Source of the DNA: Maribacter sp. 2210JD10-5
GTDB taxonomy: Bacteria; Bacteroidota; Bacteroidia; Flavobacteriales; Flavobacteriaceae
Direction of reading: 5' to 3'
Assembly (NCBI RefSeq): GCF_047345745.1
Contig: NZ_JBLFES010000001.1
Span: 1,595,945 to 1,619,944, forward strand
Length of the DNA stretch: 24,000 bases
A program made the translations under genes and the position numbers. Below the pieces are notes generated by a model that was given only the letters and a program-made list of their open reading frames with translations, did no database searches and was not told the DNA's origin. Shown piece after piece: positions 8,453-15,483 of this stretch; within the stretch, counting starts at the first letter, position 1; each line of letters begins with the position of its first letter.

Positions 8453-9802
8453 CTATCCAAGGGAATAACCATAATAAAATTCAAGAATCTTCAACCTAAG
8501 AATATACTCATATTTGGTTTGGATAAGTAGTGCCTCTGCCTCATCGACCCTTACTTTCGATTGAATAAAATCGAAGGTATTCATCATTCCCGTATTAAAC
8601 CTCTGAATAGAATACTCATGGGCCAAACGACGTGCTTCCAAAGTTCTCAAAGCCGCTTCATAGCTTTTCGAAAAAGTGGAAACATCTACATAAGATCGGT
8701 AAATATCGGCCTCCAGTTCCATTAAGGTTCTTTTGTAAGCAACTTCTGCCAGCGCATGTTCTATTTTTGCCCTTTTGATATTGTTATTAATTGTGAAGCG
8801 GTTGAAAATAGGGAAGTCCAAATCGGCACGTATCTGTATACCATCGTTTAAGTACAGTTGGTCAAAAAAATCAAACCTCAAGCCCGTTCTGATATCAAAA
8901 AACAAGTCTGAATAGCGGGTGTCATACTCGAACACCCCTGTCAAGGTTGGATAACGTGCTCCCCTTGCTATATCGAGATTTTTATCGGCCAGTTCAACAC
9001 CAAGCTGAGAGAATTTCACATCATTTCTGTGAATGGTGGCTTTGTGAAAAATATCGTTTGCCGAATTGGACATGATGTTATTGGAGGGTATCTCTTGAAG
9101 ATTATTCTTAATTTCAAAATCCTCAGGGTTCTCGACTCTTAAAAGTTGGGCAAGGTTCAATTTTGAAATTGACACCATATTTTCTCCTTCAATTATTTGC
9201 TGCCCTTGATCTGCCAAAGTAGCTTCTATCTCTAATAAATCCCCTTTGGGAACTACCCCTGCTAAAACCAGTTCTTCTGTTATTTCAACTTCTTGTTCAG
9301 TAGCAGCGTATTGCGCCTTTAGTGCCCTTAATGATTCTTTATTGGATAGTACCTGAACAAAGGCATTTGCAACATTGAGACGAATGTCATCCTTTAGATC
9401 TTCTAACCGATACTGTTCGGAAACTTTGTTAAGCCGAGCCCTAGCGATAGCATTGTAGTTTCTAAGGCCATCGAACAGGGTAATCGAAGAAGTAAGATTT
9501 CCGGAACCGGTCAAAAGTGGCTCGGTAACCACATTATTGGTTATTGGATCAAAACTCAGTCCCCTTCTCTTGGTTACGTCTATAGTAGTTTCAAGGCTTG
9601 GAAAAAGTGCGCCGATGGCATTGGACTTTTCAATATCGACTTCCGAAACATCCAACTCAAGTTGTTTAATGGAAAGGTTGTTTTCCAAAGCGAATATGAT
9701 ACAGTCGTTCAAACTCCATTTTTGGGTTTGACTGAACACAGAGGAGTATGCAAGGATAAAAATTGCAATGGTTAATTTTAACTTAGTGCTACAAAATGGC
9801 AT
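8453..9802 (-). CDS. TolC-family outer-membrane efflux protein
   Basis: 449 aa. Signal peptide ending SVFSQ. N-terminal WSLNDCIIFALENNLSIKQ and two repeated coiled-coil/beta halves, typical of Bacteroidetes TolC-like proteins. No adaptor or pump gene is adjacent. Confidence 0.85.
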   Translation of the reverse strand: MPFCSTKLKLTIAIFILAYSSVFSQTQKWSLNDCIIFALENNLSIKQLELDVSEVDIEKSNAIGALFPSLETTIDVTKRRGLSFDPITNNVVTEPLLTGSGNLTSSITLFDGLRNYNAIARARLNKVSEQYRLEDLKDDIRLNVANAFVQVLSNKESLRALKAQYAATEQEVEITEELVLAGVVPKGDLLEIEATLADQGQQIIEGENMVSISKLNLAQLLRVENPEDFEIKNNLQEIPSNNIMSNSANDIFHKATIHRNDVKFSQLGVELADKNLDIARGARYPTLTGVFEYDTRYSDLFFDIRTGLRFDFFDQLYLNDGIQIRADLDFPIFNRFTINNNIKRAKIEHALAEVAYKRTLMELEADIYRSYVDVSTFSKSYEAALRTLEARRLAHEYSIQRFNTGMMNTFDFIQSKVRVDEAEALLIQTKYEYILRLKILEFYYGYSLG

Positions 9803-9901
9803 AATGTATTTTTAAATTCGACCATCCCGCGCCTGTAAATTTTTTAAGTAATAAGAACGGGAGCGCTTATGCCGAAAATAGAATACGCCAGTATAGAAGC
9901 A

Positions 9902-9915
9902 TTTGTCAAAAAGTC
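9902..9915 (-). promoter_or_regulatory. copy 4 of 14-bp upstream element (GACTTTTTGACAAA read on minus strand)
   Basis: Intergenic, 100 nt upstream of the TolC-like start. Followed 26 nt after the G of TTTTTG by TATTTTCG (9863-9870). Confidence 0.6.
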
Positions 9916-10032
9916 AATATTTACCGAAATGTATTCGGAAAACGTAAATTGAACCATCGCGGTATCAAGTAAATCTAGGGTAGATTAACGATATTGACCG
10001 ACTCGGAGTTACAGAGACGAGTTCGCAGAAGA

Positions 10033-10953
10033 TTAATTTAAATGTTGGAAATGTGAGGGAGGCCGCCCATAGGCTTTTTTAAAGACTTTGCTGAAAACCG
10101 AAAGATCACTGAAACCCAATGAATCGGATACTTCGCTGACCGAAAGGTTTCCATTCTGGACTAATTCTTTGGCTTTTGCAACTTTTATTCTGTTCATATA
10201 TTGATGCGGTGTTCTACCAAAAGCTTTTTTAAAGGAATCGAATAAATGAAATTTTGATAAAGAGGAAGTTTTTGATAATTCGTCGATGGATATGGCCTCA
10301 CCCAAATTGTCATGAATGTATTCATAGGCGACTAATAGCCTTTTCAATGTTTCCTCTTTTGTAGAAAGTTTTTTTGCCTCAATTTTATCGGTAATCTTAT
10401 ATCCAATTTTTTGTTCCCTATACAACGATTGTAACAATTCTATCGTCAATTCATCAGCACTCGTGAGTTCAAAATCTCTTTGGCCGGATAGATTATAAAT
10501 CTGCTGAAGTAATATACCAGTTGAATAGTATTGGGCATTCAAAGAATTTTCGAGAAAAAACGAATCTTCTTGAATTTCCCCAAAAGGATTATCAAGCAAC
10601 TTCAAAGCTTCTTGTTGTAGATAATAGTTGCACTCGCTGATCAGTTTATTTGTAATATCAAAGCTTAGAACATCTAAATATTCATGTTTATCGTTAATAT
10701 ACTCCAGTCCCTCATTGGGATTTAAAATAACAAAATGACCAGATTTGACTTTTATTTGATTTGGGTTCGAAACAAACACTCCGCTACCGTTTTTAAAATA
10801 GAGTACTATCAGGCCATTTCTATAAAATTTATGATGATCTAAATGAACTTCATATCGCATCAAAAAATTTTTGTGCGGATTGTACTCGGGAGGAATCCTA
10901 TACTCTCTTTTCTCGAAGTGGTTGTAAAATCTATTTTTATACCTTAAAGTCAT
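10033..10953 (-). CDS. AraC/XylS-family transcriptional regulator with uncharacterised N-terminal domain
   Basis: 306 aa. C-terminal double-HTH region (ISIDELSKTSSLSKFHLFDSFKKAFGRTPHQYMNRIKVAKAKELV...SEVSDSLGFSDLSVFSKVFKKAYG). I could not assign the roughly 190-aa N-terminal part to a known ligand domain by eye. Confidence 0.85.
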   Translation of the reverse strand: MTLRYKNRFYNHFEKREYRIPPEYNPHKNFLMRYEVHLDHHKFYRNGLIVLYFKNGSGVFVSNPNQIKVKSGHFVILNPNEGLEYINDKHEYLDVLSFDITNKLISECNYYLQQEALKLLDNPFGEIQEDSFFLENSLNAQYYSTGILLQQIYNLSGQRDFELTSADELTIELLQSLYREQKIGYKITDKIEAKKLSTKEETLKRLLVAYEYIHDNLGEAISIDELSKTSSLSKFHLFDSFKKAFGRTPHQYMNRIKVAKAKELVQNGNLSVSEVSDSLGFSDLSVFSKVFKKAYGRPPSHFQHLN

Positions 10954-11057
10954 TTGTCAATTTTAGTTTCAATCTTTCCTTTTAAAATAGCTTTAGTCCT
11001 ATCTCTGCAGCGAGTTAGTGCTGCGAACCATTATATTAAATATTGCGGATTTACATA

Positions 11058-11987
11058 TCAGTTCATATAATATGAAGGCGGGTGGCCATACACTTTTTTA
11101 AATACTTTGCTAAATACGCTCAAATCACTAAACCCAAGTGAATCGGACACCTCAGATATAGATAGCTTCCCTGTTTTTACAAGTTCTTTGGCTTTAGATA
11201 CCTTTAATCTATTGATATATTGATGGGGAGTTTTTCCAAAGGCCATTTTGAAGGAATTATAAAGGTGAAATTTGGATAGGGATGAAACGAAAGACAATTG
11301 TTCAATAGAAATATGGGTTCCTACATTGTCATGTATGTATTCGTATGCAAGAAGTAGCCTTCTGAACGTTTCCTTTTTTGTCACTGATTTTTTAGCCTGT
11401 ATTTCTTTCTCGATTTTATTCCCCAATTTTTGTTCTCTATAAATTGATTGCAATATCTCGATGGTCAGTTCATCAGGGCAAGTCAGTTTGAAATCATCTT
11501 GATTTGACAACCCATATATGAATTGAAGTAGCTGCCCAGAAGCGTAATGCTTTGCCTTTAAAGGGCTCTCAATAAAAAAAGTGTCGTGACTAGTTTCGCC
11601 TAAAGGATCGCTTAATATTTTTTCATTTTCTTCTTGCAAATAGAAATTGCATTGGCTTATCAAACTATTGGATATACCGAAACTCAATACATCTATGTAA
11701 TCGTTTCGTTCATTAATAAATTCCCACCCGTCATTGGGATTAAGTATCAAGAAATCTTCATCCCTGACCTTCAATCTTCTGTCTTTAAGCATAAGTTCAC
11801 CACTGCCCTGTTTAAAATAGCGTATGGTCAAACTATTTTGATGAAAATTAAAGTAAGGAATTCTCGCTTTGTATCTTAATAATAAATTTTCCTCACTTTT
11901 ATAATTAGTGGGGAAATCCTCAACTTTGGCTTTATAACTTTGGTTTTCAAAATGGTTGTAAAAAAGATTTTTATATATATGGGGCAT
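11058..11987 (-). CDS. AraC/XylS-family transcriptional regulator, tandem paralog of 10033-10953
   Basis: The ORF extends to 12044. Alignment with the paralog (MPHIYKNLFYNHFEN vs MTLRYKNRFYNHFEK) favours the ATG at 11987. It shares the identical stretch SEVSDSLGFSDLSVFSKVFKK and is collinear with the paralog over its whole length. Confidence 0.85.
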   Translation of the reverse strand: MPHIYKNLFYNHFENQSYKAKVEDFPTNYKSEENLLLRYKARIPYFNFHQNSLTIRYFKQGSGELMLKDRRLKVRDEDFLILNPNDGWEFINERNDYIDVLSFGISNSLISQCNFYLQEENEKILSDPLGETSHDTFFIESPLKAKHYASGQLLQFIYGLSNQDDFKLTCPDELTIEILQSIYREQKLGNKIEKEIQAKKSVTKKETFRRLLLAYEYIHDNVGTHISIEQLSFVSSLSKFHLYNSFKMAFGKTPHQYINRLKVSKAKELVKTGKLSISEVSDSLGFSDLSVFSKVFKKVYGHPPSYYMN

Positions 11988-12243
11988 TGGCTTTCTTTTT
12001 GTAACAAGTCTACCAACGTTAATAATAGTTACTATTTTTAACATTATTCTAACTTATAGCATCCTTGTATTAGCGATTTAGTTTTTAAACAGTTATTCAA
12101 GATTTTGATTTATGAGAAAATCACACCATTTAATACAAGCATATCATAAAGATTCAAGAATCTAAAACTGGTTGCGTAAAATTTGCTCCTTTAACTTTTA
12201 TTATCCCATTTGTAAAGCAATATGGAACAAACAGGTCAGATAC

Positions 12244-13497
12244 CTAGACAACTACTAGATTGCCTTTCTTGGGCTTACATATTTTATCTTTGAGCACATT
12301 CATGTCCTCACTTATCTTCTTCTCAACTACACGGGCATAAATTTGAGTGGTAGCTAGTTTTGTGTGCCCTAGGAGTTTTGATACCGTTTCAATAGGCACC
12401 CCATTGCTTAACGTTACTGTAGTTGCAAAGGTATGTCTAGCCATGTGGAAAGTGAGGTTCTTTTTAATACCGCTGAGGTCGGCAATTTCCTTTAAATAGC
12501 TATTTAATCGTTGATTCGAAATTTTTGGAAGTAAAGTTTCGGTTAGTTGTGTTCTATGATGGTTTTCATATTTTCTGATTAAACATTCGGTCATCTGCAA
12601 TAGTGGAATTTTAAATGGGATTCCAGTTTTGTTTCTATTGGCCATAATCCACTTGTTTCCATCAATACCCTGCACGATATTTTCTTTCTTTAGATTGATT
12701 ACATCTCCATAGGATATCCCGGTATAGCAACTAAATATAAACAGGTCTTTTACCACGGCCAACCGCTCTATTTCCACAGTCAAATTTTCGATACTTTCCA
12801 GTTCGGTTTCCGTAAGAAATTCTCGCTCTTTACGTTCTATTTTAGGTTTAAATTTTACGAAAGGATCGCGTTCTATCCATTCCATGTGATAGGCCAAGGT
12901 AACCATTTTTCGAAACCGTTGAATGTGCTTCATAACGGCATTGTTTCCTATTCTTCCTTGATAATGGCTAGGTTGATAAGACCTTAGAAAGCTTTCAAAA
13001 CTTAATATGAAGGCATAATCCAGGTCTGGCAAGAATCTATCCTGTGATTTGAATTTTTTTTTGACAAACTCGAGAATGTATTTCTGGCTAGTTCGGTAAT
13101 GGCAGAGTGTTTTCGCACACAGTTTTTCTGCCATTGTTTCGTTGTGATAATCAAATATATCCTTTAGGGAATGAACTTTTTTGTCTTCGCCAAGAAATCT
13201 AGATTTGATAAGTTGTGGCGTTATAACTCTGGATTCTGCCTTTAGGTCACGATAACCTGTGACAATATCGGATTTCACTTCATCCAAGTAAGAATTTATT
13301 TCTCTAGCTTTTTGACCATTACCTTTTGCTCGTTGTCTTTTTGAATCCCATGAATCAACATTAACTTTTTGTTTGAGGCTGATATTGACCTTTTTTCCGT
13401 TCAGAGTGATTCGGACATAAATCTTGCAGTGATTATTCTTATCGGCCCTTTGTGTATAGACCCAAAAAAGGATTGAAAATGTGGTCGTACTTCGCAT
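12244..13497 (-). CDS. tyrosine-type site-specific integrase (Bacteroidetes IntDOT/NBU-like)
   Basis: The ORF extends to a TTG at 13521. The ATG at 13497 gives MRSTTTFSILFWVYTQR, the usual N-terminus of the arm-binding domain in this family. C-terminal catalytic motifs: YTGISYGD, HMARHTFAT (HxxR), and LGHTKLATTQIYARV (His and nucleophile Tyr). Confidence 0.9.
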   Translation of the reverse strand: MRSTTTFSILFWVYTQRADKNNHCKIYVRITLNGKKVNISLKQKVNVDSWDSKRQRAKGNGQKAREINSYLDEVKSDIVTGYRDLKAESRVITPQLIKSRFLGEDKKVHSLKDIFDYHNETMAEKLCAKTLCHYRTSQKYILEFVKKKFKSQDRFLPDLDYAFILSFESFLRSYQPSHYQGRIGNNAVMKHIQRFRKMVTLAYHMEWIERDPFVKFKPKIERKEREFLTETELESIENLTVEIERLAVVKDLFIFSCYTGISYGDVINLKKENIVQGIDGNKWIMANRNKTGIPFKIPLLQMTECLIRKYENHHRTQLTETLLPKISNQRLNSYLKEIADLSGIKKNLTFHMARHTFATTVTLSNGVPIETVSKLLGHTKLATTQIYARVVEKKISEDMNVLKDKICKPKKGNLVVV

Positions 13498-13588
13498 GTT
13501 TTTCGTCTTTAAATGAAACAATCAGTGAGACGAAAGTCAAATCAACAATGCAAATTTTCAGGTTGTTGGGAAGTCAATTTATAAAAGT

Positions 13589-13631
13589 GTTGACGATTTT
13601 GTTGACGATTTTAAAAAATGTTGACGATTTG
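13589..13631. repeat. three direct copies of GTTGACGATTT(T/G): 13589-13600, 13601-13612, 13620-13631
   Basis: Read directly: gtgttgacgattttgttgacgattttaaaaaatgttgacgatttgtg. Two copies are abutting and the third follows a 7-nt A-rich spacer. Located between the integrase start and the tRNA 3' end. Candidate arm-type recombinase sites or an operator. Confidence 0.8.
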
Positions 13632-13682
13632 TGAACTTTTAAAACCAAATCATATCAAATAAAATGATTCCCCTAAAAACAT

Positions 13683-13716
13683 AAAAGCTTGCTAATCATA
13701 AAATTAGCAAGCTTTT
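13683..13716 (-). terminator. perfect 14-bp inverted repeat, likely tRNA-Lys terminator (symmetric A4/T4 flanks)
   Basis: aaaagcttgctaat (13683-13696), cataaa loop, attagcaagctttt (13703-13716). Begins 25 nt downstream of the tRNA 3' end on the minus strand. Confidence 0.55.
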
Positions 13717-13740
13717 GATATTAGATGACATTTCTAATAG

Positions 13741-13813
13741 TGACCTGGCTGGGGCTCGAACCCAGGACCCTCTCCTTAAAAGGGAGATGCTCTACCAACT
13801 GAGCTACCAGGTC
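13741..13813 (-). tRNA. tRNA-Lys (anticodon UUU)
   Basis: The minus strand folds as a 73-nt cloverleaf: acceptor GACCTGG/CCAGGTC, D arm GCTC-AGTTGGTA-GAGC, anticodon arm TCTCC-CTTTTAA-GGAGA, variable loop GGGTC, T arm CTGGG-TTCGAGC-CCCAG, discriminator A. CCA is not encoded. Confidence 0.95.
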
Positions 13814-13849
13814 AAAATTTAAGTGCGTTCATTTCCCTGAATGCGGGTG

Positions 13850-13880
13850 CAAATATAAAGCGATTCATTTATTTTACAAG
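13850..13880 (-). promoter_or_regulatory. Bacteroidetes-type promoter for tRNA-Lys (-33 CTTG, 19-nt spacer, -7 TATATTTG)
   Basis: The minus strand reads cttg-N19-TATATTTG. The -7 box (13850-13857) ends 36 nt before the mature tRNA 5' end. Confidence 0.6.
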
Positions 13881-13927
13881 TCAATTTTAAGAGAATTTTC
13901 TTTTTTTTTGAAAACGCTATAAATTAG

Positions 13928-14470
13928 TTGAATTTTACACAAAACAAACGGGTGAAAATAATTTTGGTAGGGTATATGGGCAGTGGTAAAACTACCATTG
14001 GCAAGCTATTGGCTAAACAGCTGAATACTAATTTTTTAGATTTGGATGAATATATAGAATCATCGGAAAGGTCCACTATAAAAAAGATTTTCGAGGAAAA
14101 AGGGGAAATCTATTTCAGGAAACGAGAAATATTTTATTTGAATGAAATTTTAGCCTCTCAAGAGTCCGTAGTACTCTCCACAGGCGGGGGAACACCTTGC
14201 TTTGGAACAAACATGGATGCTATAATTGCCGCCACTCCAAACACCTTTTATCTAAAGGTTTCTCTTCCGGAATTGGTAAATAGACTTTCAAAAGGAAAAG
14301 AAGAACGGCCCTTGGTGAGTCGTTTTGAAAAAGAAGAAGAACTAATGGAATTTATCGGAAAGCATCTTTTTGAGCGAAGTTATTATTACAACAAGGCACC
14401 TAACGTAATCAGTACCGATGATAAAACGCCCGAGAAAATCGCCTTGGAAATCACCAATAAGTTAGTTTAG
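13928..14470 (+). CDS. aroK: shikimate kinase
   Basis: P-loop GYMGSGKTTIGKLLA, the STGGG shikimate-binding motif (VLSTGGGTPCF), and small size. No usable ATG is present. The start is TTG 13928 or, more like homologs (MKIILVGYMGSGKT), GTG 13952. Confidence 0.85.
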   Translation: MNFTQNKRVKIILVGYMGSGKTTIGKLLAKQLNTNFLDLDEYIESSERSTIKKIFEEKGEIYFRKREIFYLNEILASQESVVLSTGGGTPCFGTNMDAIIAATPNTFYLKVSLPELVNRLSKGKEERPLVSRFEKEEELMEFIGKHLFERSYYYNKAPNVISTDDKTPEKIALEITNKLV

Positions 14471-14959
14471 GAAAACGCGGTCATTTTTAGTTTCAAAAAT
14501 TACGTTTACATGTTCTTGCAGTGAGGTAGAAAGGCTTATTCCTTTATAATCCGCTTTAACGGGATATTTTTTATGATTTCTATTGACCAATACAGCGGTT
14601 TTCAACTGTTTCAAAGGCGTTTTTAAAAAATGGTGCACGCCGTAGATTAGGGTAGTCCCTGAATTAAGTACATCATCCACTAAAACAATAGATTTATTTT
14701 CATAGACCGTTTCTCCCAAAGAGGTCGTTACCTCTTGTTTTAAAGGGTTCTTTTTATCTATATTGACCTTACAGAGCGTAATCTTGGCATCTGTAATCTT
14801 ATTCAAGACGCGGATAATCTTTTTGGCAAAATGGATTCCTCCCCCTTCAATACCTGCAATGATAATTTCGGTTTCGTCCACATTGGCCTCATAAATTTGA
14901 TAGGCGATGCGTTCTACCTTATACTTTATTTGCCGATGGGAAAGTATGTTCTGTTCCAT
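14462..14959 (-). CDS. phosphoribosyltransferase-family protein (type I PRTase, PyrR/Hpt-like)
   Basis: 165 aa. PRPP-binding motif SIVLVDDVLNSGTTL. Its 3' end overlaps the aroK 3' end by 9 nt (convergent). Confidence 0.8.
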   Translation of the reverse strand: MEQNILSHRQIKYKVERIAYQIYEANVDETEIIIAGIEGGGIHFAKKIIRVLNKITDAKITLCKVNIDKKNPLKQEVTTSLGETVYENKSIVLVDDVLNSGTTLIYGVHHFLKTPLKQLKTAVLVNRNHKKYPVKADYKGISLSTSLQEHVNVIFETKNDRVFLN

Positions 14960-15015
14960 AGAATACGTTATTGGTCTAAAGATAAGTATGTTTCTGATAA
15001 GTAAATGTTGATAAT

Positions 15016-15414
15016 TTATTCTTTATTGTCGGTCTCTTCTTCATCTGTTGGAGTTTCCAAATAATCTTCAATTTCTCTACGGTCCTTTTTGGTAGGTCTC
15101 CCCGTTCCCTTTTTACGATAATAATCTTTGGAATATTGGAGTAGTTCATTGTGTTGAAACGCTTCTTTTGGTGTAGTATCTTTTCTGTAAATAGCGACCA
15201 ATTTTGCCCCCACACGGCTTTCAGGTGTCGCTAGCACGGTAAGTTTATAGTCGATTTGATTTTTCCTAAGAACAATTTCATCCATTGGAAAAACCTCACG
15301 ACCAGGTTTGCACACTTGACCGTTAATCTTTACTTGGCCTTTTTTACAGGCAGTGGTCGCTTTGTTTCGGGTTTTAAAGTACCGCGTACTCCATAAGTAT
15401 TTATCAATCCGCAT
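15016..15414 (-). CDS. S4-domain RNA-binding protein (Hsp15/HslR-like)
   Basis: The ORF extends to a GTG at 15444. The ATG at 15414 gives MRIDKYLWSTRYFKTRNKATTACKKGQVKING, the canonical S4 N-terminus. Basic/acidic C-terminal tail. Confidence 0.8.
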   Translation of the reverse strand: MRIDKYLWSTRYFKTRNKATTACKKGQVKINGQVCKPGREVFPMDEIVLRKNQIDYKLTVLATPESRVGAKLVAIYRKDTTPKEAFQHNELLQYSKDYYRKKGTGRPTKKDRREIEDYLETPTDEEETDNKE

Positions 15415-15483
15415 GAATTCAAAATCTTTGTTAAGGTCTTCCACAAAAATAGTGGAAAATTGTATCTTGCCGCCTTAAAAGCT

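Larger units (their letters stand above)
10033..13740. mobile_element. putative integrated element or remnant at the 3' side of tRNA-Lys (integrase plus arm-like repeats; AraC paralogs possibly cargo). Left boundary undetermined and may lie further left, even outside the window
   Basis: An integrase gene lies directly beyond the tRNA 3' end, with triple direct repeats between them. Hand-counted 60-nt lines were more AT-rich here than in tgt/dnaB. No duplicated tRNA 3' fragment (att repeat) was found by eye. Confidence 0.35.

Noticed and set aside
9924-9938. Small hairpin ccgaa-atgta-ttcgg downstream of the AraC gene and next to element copy 4
   Set aside because: It has a 5-bp stem with no following U-tract on the relevant strand, which is too weak to call a terminator.
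9803-10032. Search for a direct repeat of the tRNA-Lys 3' end (att site) at the AraC/TolC boundary. The closest match was gatattgaccgactcgg versus tagtgacctggctgggg.
   Set aside because: Only about 7 of 12 positions match, which is not better than random. No att duplication can be claimed.
10953-10960. tttgtcaa overlapping the start codon of AraC gene 10033-10953. Considered as a half-copy of the GAYTTTTTGACAAR element (autoregulation).
   Set aside because: Only the TTGACAAA half matches and the GAC-T5 part is absent. Its position at the start codon differs from the four full copies.
12229-12236. caggtca, a 7-mer complementary to the tRNA acceptor 3' strand, just downstream of the integrase stop
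   Set aside because: It has the wrong orientation for an att direct repeat, and 7 nt is within chance expectation.
14976-15215. 79-aa minus-strand ORF overlapping the S4-domain gene in another frame
   Set aside because: The S4 frame has clear family signatures (RIDKYLW...). The alternative frame is basic and low-complexity with no support.
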